A stretch of DNA of 64,000 bases from Felis catus (Eukaryota), in the NCBI RefSeq assembly GCF_018350175.1, contig NC_058383.1, positions 25,484,001 through 25,548,000 of the forward strand, read 5' to 3'. This document shows positions 37,141 to 48,684 of this stretch, in pieces. A program made the position numbers and the translations under genes. How positions within the stretch are numbered: the first letter of the stretch is position 1; the number at the start of each line of letters is the position of its first letter. The notes beneath the pieces were generated by a model that did no database searches, had not been told where the DNA came from, and was given only the letters and a program-made list of their open reading frames with translations.

Positions 37141-38579
37141 ATTATCCCTGACTCATAATGTTGAGAGATACCTGAATAGACTGGAGCACTTAGCCAAACC
37201 ATACACACTCCCCCTCCCAGCCCCAGCTTCTCATCTCAGTTTTGTTGCCTATAGACAAATCTAATCTATAGGGTTTTGAACCATTAGGTATTCAATTTCT
37301 GCAATGGTACTACTTTCTTTATCAACACAGTGGGGTTTTCATTTTGTCTTTGTTTGGGGTAGTCACATTTAAATGAAAGAGTTCACAACAAAATTTCAAT
37401 ATCCAACTTGGCTTGAGATATCAGACCTGTGCTCACTGGGCCCACATGACTCTTTGTAATAATCTGTCCCTTCAGGGGGCATAAGCCCCCCTATTCACCA
37501 CAAACCCAGCCAGAATGCCTCCCTTATGCAGAATGCCTGGCCCTGAATGCATTGTGGTTTACCACCAGCCCCACCCCCAACGCCTGCCTTGGAAAGCCCC
37601 TAACAATGATGGAGATTGGACACATGCCCCTTGCTGGGCATGAGGAGCAGGGGTCTCCTCCACCTTGGGAGACTGAAAGAGGCTGGGGAGATCCCTGTCA
37701 GTTCCTTCTCCCCAGGAATAGATAGATGTGAGTGGGGAGGGGCTGGGAAGCCAAGAGAGAGGTCTAAGGCTTCTCTGAGCTCATCACATGCTCTTGCATT
37801 GATCCCTCTGGAAATGCTTCTCCTCCTATTCCTGCAGAACCTAATTCTCACACAAGCTGTCTTGAGCCCTGATTTCTCCCCCTGCCCAAATCTGTTGTGG
37901 CCTCTAGAAGAGCTACACTAGGAACTGTCCACCCTCCTACACTCAAGAAAAAGGAGGGTGTCTATGCACCAAAAATTTCCAAGATTGCCTAGGTCCCACC
38001 TGTTTACCTCTCCTATGCTTCACTCAACTTTCAAACTAGACCACCCTCAAATGACACCCACGTGAATTTGTATGTGTTTGAGTTGTCACGTGAGTGGGGT
38101 CTTTGTGCATGTTGATTAGGGTGCTCCTGTGTTTTCACGTGTCTTGCTGAGGGATGAGAGGCCTCCGCGTGCCTGTGAGTGTGTGTGTATGTGTGTGCGC
38201 GCCCGCATAACCGGGTATTGTGTGTCTTTGTGTGAGCGTGGGTGAGTCTGTGTGTGAGTGGTTGCAACATCTTTACTCCCGACAGAAGGTCTTTGCGGCA
38301 CACTTCTCTCAGCCAGCCTGCATCCTCTTCAAAGGCACTCCAGCTCAGGGACAGTCCACCTCTGGCCTTCCCCAGAATCAACACACGCATTGAGATGCAC
38401 GCACACTTCCTTTCAAGCGCTGTTCCTTTGGCCCAAGAGAACCGACAAACCTTGAGCATCCTCGCTCCGACAGCCTCCTCCCCACCCCCCAACCCCACCC
38501 TCCGATGCCCTGGCTGAAGGATCCTCTACATGGAGATGGACTCAGAGCACTGGCAACGGGGAAGAAAAGTGACTGGGAG

Positions 38580-39420
38580 GAGAATCGAGCAAGGCAAACT
38601 GAGGACACGCTGAAGGAGTACGGAGCCAGAGCCGCTGCGGGGAAGCAGGTCCCACCCACACCACGCCCCTCCCGCAGAGGGATAGCTTGTTCCCACCCCG
38701 GTCTTCCTCTGGGGTTTCCAGGTCTCACTCTTCTCAAACTGGAGCTGTGAGAGGCAGCTGGGACCCCCTCCTCCCATGCATCCCCCTCGCCCCACCATCC
38801 GCGTCCAGGCAGCTGCTGATTGGCTGCGGAGAGCAGCGCCCCAGCTCCCCGTCTCCGAGGCGGGAGCGGAGCGGGTCCGAGGTGGGAGGCGCACGAACCG
38901 GCTCTGGGAGCCCCTCCCAAGTCCCTGTGCCCAGCGCCCTGTGCCCTACGCGACGGCCGTGCCAGGACTCCAGGAGGGCAGGTGTAGAGGGAGCAAAGGG
39001 GACCACGGCCAAAGGTAGAAGCAAGTCCTGCAGAAAGAAAGGCGCTGCTGCTCCGGCTGCTGCCTCCGCCACTGCCGCCACCACCGAACCAGCGTCCAGA
39101 GCGGGGCTGGCAGGCCAGGCACGGAGACGAGAGGAGCGAGGGGCGAGCTCATGGAGCACACGCACGCCCACCTCGTAGCCAACAGCTCGTTGTCCTGGTC
39201 CCCCGGCTCGACCTGCGGCTTGGGCTTCGTGCCCGTGGTTTATTACAGCCTCTTGCTGTGCCTCGGTTTACCAGGTGAGGAGCGTGGGGGAGAGGGAGGA
39301 AGCCGGGACCCCCGAATGCGGATTCACCCTGTCTAGAACCCCCAGGCCTAGACATCCTCGGCGCGTGATCCCTGGCGCCCCTTCTGAAAAAGTTTAAGCC
39401 TAAGGGCAACAGCGGACATT
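38580..39420 (+). promoter_or_regulatory. CpG island / GPR139 promoter and 5' UTR
   Basis: Sharp rise in GC and intact CpG relative to the CpG-poor flanks, free of repeats. Inverted CCAAT box CTGATTGGCT at 38816-38825 and GC-box-like GAGGCGGGAG at 38857-38866. No TATA box seen; TSS cannot be fixed from sequence. Confidence 0.85.
39151..39274 (+). CDS. GPR139: G protein-coupled receptor 139, coding exon 1 (N-terminus and start of TM1); partial gene
   Basis: Translates to [41 protein letters not shown], which matches the mammalian GPR139 N-terminus as I recall it (human [42 protein letters not shown]). 41 codons + 1 nt, then a canonical donor CAG|GTGAGG at 39274/39275. N-glycosylation sequon NSS. 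Lies in a CpG island. Confidence 0.96.
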
Positions 39421-39461
39421 TCCAGACTGGGGAGAAAGGAAGTTGCTGTGCCTGTCAGGGA

Positions 39462-39463
<2 letters not shown>

Positions 39464-39505
<42 letters not shown>

Positions 39506-39522
39506 CGCGCGCGCGTGCGCGT
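39464..39522. repeat. (GT)16(GC)9 compound alternating purine-pyrimidine tract
   Basis: Counted directly: (GT)16 at 39465-39496, (GC)9 at 39497-39514, then GTGCGCGT. Confidence 0.95.
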
Positions 39523-42500
39523 CTCGAGCGTGTGTGGCAGGTGATGGGCATGGTGTATGTGTTGGTGTGAGTGTGCGCGTGGATTCTAGTATTTGCATGA
39601 GCATATGAAGCGATCCGCGTCCCTGAAGGTGTCCAGTGGGGGCTGTGTGACTTGACCGCACTTCCCCACAGCTTTCTGGGGTTTCACTTCTCTTGTGGCC
39701 CCCCCCCACATCCACTCCAGCCTGAGAAAACCTCTGCCCCCTCCCCCACCGCGCGTGTCACCCCTGATTGGAGGTGAAGCCAGAGGTTCTGATGTCCAGC
39801 ACTCTTTCTCTGGGGCTGCTGGGATGGAGCAAAGGATGAGCCCCTGTGACCCCTAAGCGAGGAAGGGGTCTCCAGGGAGGCTAGGAAGAGTCTGGGTGGG
39901 TCTGGGACCATGCCTTGGCCAGGGTAAGGGTCCAGAGACACCCACAGGCTTCAGAAGCCACCACTTCAGGGGGTCACAGTCTCCTTGAGGACATGCCTTG
40001 CCCCCTGGCTTTGCTTCCCTGTCCATCCATTCCGGGCAGCTGATGACCGCTGCGGATGTCTGGCTGGTCCCACATCTTAACGTCCTCTCCAAAGAGTGAC
40101 TGAGACTTCTGCTGAATTCCTGAAGAGAGCTGGGCTGCTGGGGGCTGGGGGTGCTTGCTGTTTGTGAGAGAGGGGGAGGGGGTACCTGGGGTTCCTGGGG
40201 CTCCAGCTTGAGATAACCCCTTCTTCCAGATAGTCTCTGAGACGGTCTGTGTGGCAGAAAGATTCCTAAAGATCACTTGCAAGCAGACAAGAGAGGGACA
40301 AAAGGAAACAGAAAGAAAAAAAATCCAGCATACAGCCTAGAATCACAACATCATCTACCCTGCCATTCCGCATCCTGGGAACTTGGGAGCTGGATTTCTG
40401 AAAGCCTTGTTGACATTTCCTTTTCAAAACATTCAACTTGGTGGTCAGGGCCCCTGATAAGGTTGTTTATATAAATTACCCCTCCCAAATTTTGGAAGGA
40501 ATGAGAAAGCATAAGTTTACAATCACCAAGCCTCTCTCCCAGCGAGTGATGAGGTTTTTATTACTAACTAATCGTTCTGGCTGCCCTGGGAGAGACACTC
40601 AGCCTCTGATTCACCCTGCTGGGGCAGCAGCACGTGTCCTATAATTACCTTGAGCAGGAATTGATTTGTCCAGTCCCCACCTCCCCATCAGCCCCCCCGA
40701 GCCTCTCCCAGAGCTCTCTTTTAGGGAGTGAGTTTTTGAGGAGGTTGGTTATTGGTGACACTTGCTGAACCAGAGAAGTGATAGCTGCCCCTTTTCCCTT
40801 CGGCTCTCACATCAGAATGTCTGACCCCTCCGCCTTCAACCCTCCATCTCCTCTGCTGACTAAAGAAGCTACTGTCTCAGGCTTTCCTTCTGAAAACACT
40901 TTAAGGGACAGAGACATAAAGACGGGGAGGCTCCAAGGGCCCAGAGCAGGGACATGAAGATGAGTAGAACAGGGGAAAGCTCAGACCTTCAAACACCTCA
41001 AGGTGGAAAACAAGATACCTCACATCTTTACAGCATAACTCCTATGCCAGACATGGCCTTCCTGACCCATAGCATTGGCACCTATTGTGTGCCAAGCAGT
41101 CCTAGGCACAGGCTCATCATGGCTGAGCCCAGGGTTAGGAGACAAAGAGAGAGGGATTAGGATGAGAACTTGGAAGGCACTGATAGGTTCTTATGCTCCA
41201 CTAAAAGCTGTGACCACCTACTGTGTGTCAAGTGCTAAAGAGGTGCCTAGAGGATTCAAGGAGCTCACAAGTGGAGCTTGTGGTGGATGCAGAAGGACCA
41301 AGCATTCTGGAAAAGGATGATTGAAGAGGGCAGGCCTGCAGGAAGATGATAGGTTGATAAGTGTTTTGTTAATTGCTTGCAAGGTGGTTCAGAAGGTGAA
41401 ATCCTTAAGTCATTCTCTTAGAACCATAAGGGCAGGCAAGTATGTCCTAGTGACTAAGAATGCAGACTGTAGAATGAAGCAGAGCTGGTTGTTAACATGT
41501 GGACCTTCTGTGTTTCTGTGCCTCCGTTTCCACATCTGTAAAACAGGCATTAGGACAGCAGCCACCTCCCGGAATGATGGCAAGAAGGAAAGACGTTGAT
41601 GGAGATGATGGTGCAGGTTAAGCGCTCAGCTCAGTGCCTGACACACCACACACTGACTGATTGCTGCTGTGACACTGCAGTTGTGGTCATCATGAAGCTG
41701 ATCTGGTTGTAAGGAGGGGGACTGCGTGGCATGGGAGTCAGAGAAGGGACTGGGAGCACACAAGAAAAGCACTTAGCTCAGCGCCTGAGCTCACTACAGT
41801 ATTCCCCTCCCCACCCCCAGCTACCGGCAATTAGCAAACCCTCATTACCCTGCTACTGACCAGGATGCACAGCTATGCTGAGTGTGAAGTAACAGACCAC
41901 AGAGCTTGGTCATATTGTTGAAAACTGAGATTTTAATTGAATCACTTTTCCTGGCAGTGAACTCACCCCCATTTCCAAATTCTCACAGTGATTGGAAACT
42001 GAGGGGTGGATGAGGAGTGGCTGTTTGGCAACAAGGGAGCTAGTGACTAGGAGAAAGCACAGATGTTTCTTACCTCCTTCAGTATCTAGACTAAAAGGAA
42101 GAGCTTGAGAAAAGCCATGTGGTCCAATCCCCTGCCTCTAGGAATCACCTCAGTCTAACTTAACTGCTTTGGAGTGGGACCTGGGGGTCCTAATATGAAG
42201 TATGGGCACAGCTCTGCCACTTAAGAATTCTTAACATTTCTGTACCACAAATTACCCCACTTGTAAAATGGGGGTAACAGCACTACCAACTACCCACACA
42301 GATAATGTATATTAAATAAGATCATCCATATAAAAATGGCTAAGTACAGTGCCTGGACTGAGGAAAACACTTGTTAGTGCCTTCTCTGCACGGGATCTTT
42401 TTCTATGCTAAATGCTTAGATTATTGCACTTAATCTTCACCACATCCCTGTGACCTGTACATGTCCCTGAACCCATTTTACAGATGAGCAAACTGAGATT

Positions 42501-43249
42501 CTGAGAAATGGAGCAACCTGTCCACAGTCACACAATCAAACCAGTATGTAAACACCTGCTCTTTCCATTGTACCACGGTGCCTTCATTATTGCCAGGAAG
42601 TTCTTCTAACGAACCCCAGTCCTTTATGCTGTGTACTCAGTGGAGAACATTGGTGTGTCCCAGCTGTTCCTAAAACTATGTCTCTTTTCTCTTCCTTTTA
42701 AGTAAGCAAGATGTTTCTAGCTTTTCCAAATGCATACAATAAGCCAGTAAAGCTAACAAGGTACAGTTGGGGACCCTGATGGGGCCAAATGGGACAAGAC
42801 AGTCCAAAGCAGAAGGCAGTACAGGAAGAAGAGATGAGCCTGATGCCTGAGGGAAGAGAGTGGCAGGGAGGACGGGTGAGCCTGGCTGATAAGGAAGGAG
42901 CAGCACGAAATTAAACTGAGATATGAAAGATATTTTTTTAAATTTTACCTTCTAAAAGGCACCAGGGATGTTACGGGAGACAAGGTAAGGAAGACGATAG
43001 CCTGACACCACACACAGCCCAGCAGATAGGAGCATTTCTGGAACTGCCATGTGAGGATGGTAATACCTGCCTGTGAGGATCAGTGCACAATGAAGGAGAT
43101 GATGAGTCTGTCACCTGTCAGATAGTGCTTTGACACATGGTGGTTACAGTTGCTGCTAACAAGAGGTGAGAAAATGGTGACTAGCAAGCTGGACTGAGCC
43201 CTCAGATGCATTCTCTTTTGAGAACCTATAAACATCTTTTAAGAAAATA

Positions 43250-43490
43250 TAGTAAACAGGTTAACAGTACAAGGTCTGGAGTTAGACCTCTGGGGTTTGA
43301 GTCCTGGCTTTGCTATTTATATGCTGTGTAACTTTAGGCAAGTGACTTTACTCTCTGCCTCAGTTTCCCCATCTGTAAAATTGGATGATGATAATAATGG
43401 CACATACCTCATAGAGTTGCTGTGAAAATTCAGTGGGTTATATATTTAACACAATGTCTGCCACACAGTAAGCACTCCATAAGTCATATT
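43250..43490 (+). mobile_element. MIR (representative; many more MIR/L2 fragments, e.g. ~1-190, 2460-2700, 46050-46300, 63090-63315)
   Basis: MIR core ggcaagtgactttactctctgcctcagtttccccatctgtaaaattgg. Confidence 0.8.
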
Positions 43491-43518
43491 TTTCATCATT
43501 TAAAAATTAGGAAAATTA

Positions 43519-43742
43519 GGGGCGCCTGGGTGGCGCAGTCGGTTAAGCGTCCGACTTCAGCCAGGTCACGATCTCGCGGTCCGTGAGTTCGAGCCCCGCG
43601 TCGGGCTCTGGGCTGATGGCTCAGAGCCTGGAGCCTGTTTCCGTTTCTGTGTCTCCCTCTCTCTCTGCCCCTCGCCCGTTCATGCTCTGTCTCTCTCTGT
43701 CCCAAAAATAAATAAACGTTGAAAAAAAAAATTAAAAAAAAA
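43519..43742 (+). mobile_element. Very young CAN-SINE (SINEC_Fc)
   Basis: CpG-rich head ggggcgcctgggtggcgcagtcggttaagcgtccg; TSD AAAATTAGGAAAATTA. Confidence 0.95.
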
Positions 43743-43758
43743 AAAATTAGGAAAATTA

Positions 43759-43978
43759 GGGACACCTCGGTGGCTCAGTCGGTTAAGCGTCTGACTTCAG
43801 CTCAGGCCATGATCTCACGGTCGTGAGTTCAAGACCCGCGTCGGGGTCTGGGCTGATGGCTCAGAGCCTGGAGCCTGCTTCCAATTCTGTGTCTCCCTCT
43901 CTCTCTGCCCCTCCCCTGTTCATGCTCTGTCTCTCTCTGTCTCAAAAATAAATAAAAACGGTAAAAAAAAATTAAAAA
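43759..43978 (+). mobile_element. CAN-SINE (SINEC_Fc), head-to-tail with the previous copy
   Basis: Full length; third copy of the same TSD at 43979-43994. Confidence 0.95.
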
Positions 43979-43994
43979 AAAATTAGGAAAATTA

Positions 43995-44945
43995 AGGAAA
44001 AATTCTCAACTTGTCTTATGACACCAGCTTTACACTAATACCAAAGCAGACAAAGATATTACAAGAAAACTACCAATCAATATTCCCCATGAACAAAGAC
44101 ACAAAAGATCCTCAATAAAATATTACCAAATCTAACTCAGGAATATATAAGAATGATAAATCAAGATAAAGTTGGGTTTATCCCAGGAATGTAAGGCTGG
44201 CTCAACATCTGAAAATCATTCAGTGTGATCCACCATAATAAAAAACCTAAAAAAGGAAATCCATATGATCTTCTCAGTAGATATAAAAAAGTATTTGACA
44301 AAATTCAACATCCATTCATGATAAAAATTCATCACACTAGAGAACTTCTTTAACCTGATAAAGGTTATCAATAGGTAACCTATAGCTAACATCACATGTG
44401 ATGATAAAAGATGGAATGTTTCTCCTCTAAGATCTAGAACAAGGCAAGGAGATCTGTTCTTGCTACTCCAATTCAACATCATACTGGAAGTTCTAGCCAG
44501 GAAAGAAAACGAAATAAAAGGTATACTGGAAAGGGGCACCTGGGTGGCTCAGTCAACTGAGGGTCTGGTTCTTGATTTCAGCTCAGGTCATGATCTCACA
44601 GTTTGTGAGTTTGAGCCCCAACTTAGGCTCTGCACTGATGGTGCAGAGCCTGCATGGGATTCTCTCTCTCTGCCCCTCACCCACTTGCACTCTCTCTCAA
44701 AATAAATAAACTTAAAAAATTGTTTAAAAAAAGGTATACTAGAAGGAAGAAATTAAACTGTTTCTATTCACAAATGATACAATTACCTTCACAGAAAATC
44801 ACAAAGACTCCACACAAAAAAAGCTCCTCAGAATAAGTGAGTTCACCATGTTTGCACATGTTGCACCATGTTCACACTGTTAATATGCAAAAACCTACTG
44901 TATTTCTATGTATTAGCAATGAACAATTTGAAACTAAAAATTGGA
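43995..44945 (+). mobile_element. Old L1 ORF2 (RT region) fragment
   Basis: gttgggtttatcccaggaatgtaaggctggctcaacat (GFIPGM*GWLNI) and ttcaacatcatactggaagttctagcc (FNIILEVLA). Confidence 0.85.
44533..44728 (+). mobile_element. CAN-SINE inserted in L1
   Basis: TSD AAAAGGTATACT(G/A)GAA at 44516-44531 and 44729-44744. Confidence 0.9.
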
Positions 44946-45065
44946 ATTAAAAAAATAGATTTCCAACTTTCCTTGAAAAGCCAGAGGAACTAACATTAGG
45001 CACATATTCCCAGAAGGTTGGCTGCAGAGGAGGAATGGACTGCTTTCCTATGTAGCTGCTTTTTG

Positions 45066-45070
<5 letters not shown>

Positions 45071-45108
<38 letters not shown>
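45071..45108. repeat. (AG)n microsatellite
   Basis: Directly visible. Confidence 0.9.
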
Positions 45109-45111
<3 letters not shown>

Positions 45112-48100
45112 CTTAAATAGGCAATGACATTCATATTATTCAAAAACCTAGTAATATAAAAAGGCACACATTGCGAAATCTCCCTCCCATCCATTTCCCC
45201 CGCTCACCAATTCCTAAATCCACCCCATCATCACTACTACACAGATAACGAGGGCATCAGTATCTTGGTTTCTTATTTGTTCTTTCAGAGTGTTTTAGTT
45301 TATATACAAGCAAGTATGAACAGAGGATCTCAACTCTTCATTTTTTTTTTACTGTTCTCAAAATGAGCACATTATACACACTGTCCTCCATCTTGCTCTT
45401 TTTCACTTAATATATTAATCACCCATCATGGTATATTGAAGCTTTTTCATTCTTTTATGAAGCTGCATAGTATTCCATTATATATTTGTACCATAATTTA
45501 ATGGGTGCCCCTTTCAAAATCACATAGGCACTCTTATGTGAAAGTCCCTATATGCGACACCTCACTGTTCTCTGTAACATGTATGGCCCCTCTTTATGCA
45601 CATTTGGCCCTAGGATCCCTGTTATAACAGTGGGAGAAAGAGCACTGCATGAGGAGTCCTGGATTCCAGGCTATTCTCTAGCAATAACTCACAGTGTGGG
45701 TCTGTCAGAGGCCTGAGAGAGCTGGGCTCTGCTTGTATAGCTCAGTTGGAGACATGGCCCATAAATGGGACACAAGCGTTGACCAGTGAAGTAGCTATGC
45801 TGGAGGCTGGCCGGGTTGGCCTTGGGCTGGGGTCCAGAACAGGAGCTTTGTTGTCCTTGCCCCTGCACAATTTCTGTAGTGATCCCATGTGTAATTTCTG
45901 CTTTTGAGGTTGTGTATAAAATGCATTGCACTGGAACTGAATGGACATGGATTTGGATCCTGTATCTTACCCATGTTTTGTTGTGTGATCTCAGATATGA
46001 TACTGTACCTCTGAGTCCCAGTTTTCATTTGTAATAAAATAATCAGCCAAGTTCAGCATTTAAGAAAGAGGTCTCTGATGTTAGACTGAATGGGTTTGAA
46101 TCCTAGCTTCCCTACTTACCAGTCTGTGACCTTGGGCCAATTTCTCACCCTCTATGAGTCGCAGCCTCATCAATGAGGTGGGGCCATACTAATACCTATC
46201 TCATAGGGTTGTTGTGAGGATTAAATGAAAATGTAAAAATACTTAGCACCATTCTTGGCACATGTTTGCTCTTGTATAGAGTAAGAGTTCAGTAAGTGTT
46301 ATTAACCTTCTGTGCCCTGCATTGTTACTGTGGTGATCCAAAATAAAATATGCAAAGGCTTCTCACAATCCCTCAAACATTGTAGGAGCTCAATAAAGAG
46401 TACCTGGTGTTGTTTTTATTGTTTAACATGTCAACAAGCCTTGTTGACCAAGGTCTTTCCCATACAATTCCACTCAGAGTGCACCCACCAGGAATGAAAC
46501 TCCTTGCCCTGGAAAACTAAGAAAGAATTATCCAATGGATTAAACAATCAATTCCATCATAAGCCTAAGGAATTTGTACCTCTCAAAGAGTTGCCTGTGG
46601 TTCAGTGAAACCTCCAGAAATACCATCAGTCCAGAACATGAAACCTTCTTCAGCTAAAGTTGATAAAGGGACTGACAAGCACCCAGAAGAGTGCCCTGCA
46701 TTCTGCAGCCAGGATCATAAACAGAAGTGATGCAGGGAGGTGAACACAGATCCTGCCACTGAACCTCCATGTGATCTGAACTGTGTGGGCAATGCTGATA
46801 GGGGATGCTAGCCCTGCACAGGGTGCCATGAAACGCTGGGGGCAGGGAAGGGCAGGTGTCTTGAATTCAAATACTTGCTAGAGGCAGTCAGATAGCATAA
46901 ACAAAGTGGCCCAGTTTTAAGAAATATTTCACTTACCCAAAGAATCATCCTTCCCTGCTATTTTTCTGAAAACATGTGGCCCTTTGGGTCTCTCTAATCT
47001 TCCCTCAGTGATAGAGACGTATGTACCAAAACCACTGCACTCTCCTCTTAACAACTGCTAGCACGTTTGTTGCACTTACTATGTACTAGGGATTCTTCAA
47101 AGCATTTTACAGGCACTAGCTCATTTAATTCCCACAATGACCCTTTGAGGTGTGCATACTTATCATGCCCATTTTTCAGATGAGAATGATGAGATGCCCA
47201 TGGTCACAAAGCTAGAAATCAACAGAGTGATACTCATTACTGCTATCCAGCTTTATGATAAGAAAATGGCAACACACACACAATGACAGCTGACAAGCAA
47301 CACTTGGACTAGATCACTAGGGACAGGGGTAACAAACAATAGGGAGGAGAGGGGAGGAGTAAGGACTGGAGGAGGTTACAAAGTACCATCACCACTCAGC
47401 TCTCTAGCCAATGCAGTGTTGCCAAATTCTTCCAAAAATCTACAAATCTAGATTTTTATACGAAATATCCTAATGTTTCAATGTTGGCAACTAATTCAAA
47501 AATTTTAAAAAACACTGTGCGAGCCAGCACTGCATGAGCCAAACCAAACATATCTTCAGGCTTGATACAGCCCACCAGGCTGCCAATTCACAAACTCCAG
47601 AGTGGGTAAAGCTTTAAGAGGTACCAAGAAATGCCAACACAGTGCACAGTGTGTGGAGAATAAAAACAAGAAGCTAGGGGGAGGAGTAAGGAATAAAAGA
47701 GAGGGAGACCCAAAGAAACACATGACTAAAAAAAAAAAAAAAGCATGCCAACTCAGGAAACCAGGGGTTTGGCATGACTAGAAGAAAGGGTTCCAAGTAG
47801 TACCACAAATTGCATGTTGACAATGTCCTGGAACACAAATCCCCCATTTTTTTTTTGTAAATGGGAAGAGCCCTTAGAACCCGACAGCATGGTGGATTAG
47901 GATGTGGGTTCATGGTCTCCCACTGACCTGGATTCAAGTTCCAGCCTTGTGACTTCCTAGTGGCAGGGCTCTGGCAAGTTGCTTAAACCTCTCTGAGAGT
48001 CAGTGATCGTCTCTGCAGAATGGGTATAACAGTGCCTTTTTCACAGGGTGTATGTACAGACAAAATGAAGCAATTCATGGCTAGCAGGGGTCCCAATGTC

Positions 48101-48684
48101 TGCCACTCCATGGCTGCTGTTTTTTAATCAATGTCAGCACCATCATTTTATAACATGAGGAAACTGACACCTTAGCCAATGTCACAGAGCTAGGAATGGC
48201 AGAATCTAAACCAGAACTTAACTTTTCCAACTTTAATTTAGTTCCCTTTTTATAAAATCACACTGCTAGTGATTTCTTGAGGAAGCAAAGTGATAGGAGT
48301 AAAGGAGAAACAGGCTGTGGAATTTTAGAACTCAGAGTAATCATCTAGATTTGGGGGCATTTTGTTGTTGTTATTGTTGTTTTATGTAGGATTATTTTAG
48401 GTGGCACAAAACTGCATCATTATTTAATCCCTTTTCACTTTTCTCAACCTTTCTGATTCTATCAAAGGGAAAGTCTCATCTTGGTGCTAGTATGTCTTTA
48501 ACACCTTTTCACGTGTGCTAAACCTCCCTTATTAACAGACACAGAGCAGGCCTAGAGCTCGGCCTTGGGAAGCAGCAGTATCTAGCTAAAATTTAATGTC
48601 ACCCTTGCACTGTCATTATATTTATGTTTAAGGCTATCTTCTGTTTACAACAGGGAGGTGGGTTTGGGATTCAGGGTTGCTATA

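Noticed and set aside
38031..39182. Overlapping 120-180 aa ORFs on both strands around the promoter
   Set aside because: Expected in stop-poor GC-rich CpG islands; low complexity, mostly non-ATG starts, no recognisable domain.
39275..39336. Read-through of the 61-aa ORF beyond ...CLGLP as part of the protein
   Set aside because: Similarity to GPR139 stops exactly at the strong CAG|GTGAG donor; the rest is intron.
43519..43600. A-box/B-box sequences as tRNA genes
   Set aside because: They are tRNA-derived CAN-SINE heads followed by (CT)n and A-tails, not complete cloverleafs.
43503..43994. Regularly spaced direct repeats as a CRISPR-like array
   Set aside because: The spacers are SINEs and the repeats are target-site duplications; mammalian DNA, no cas genes.
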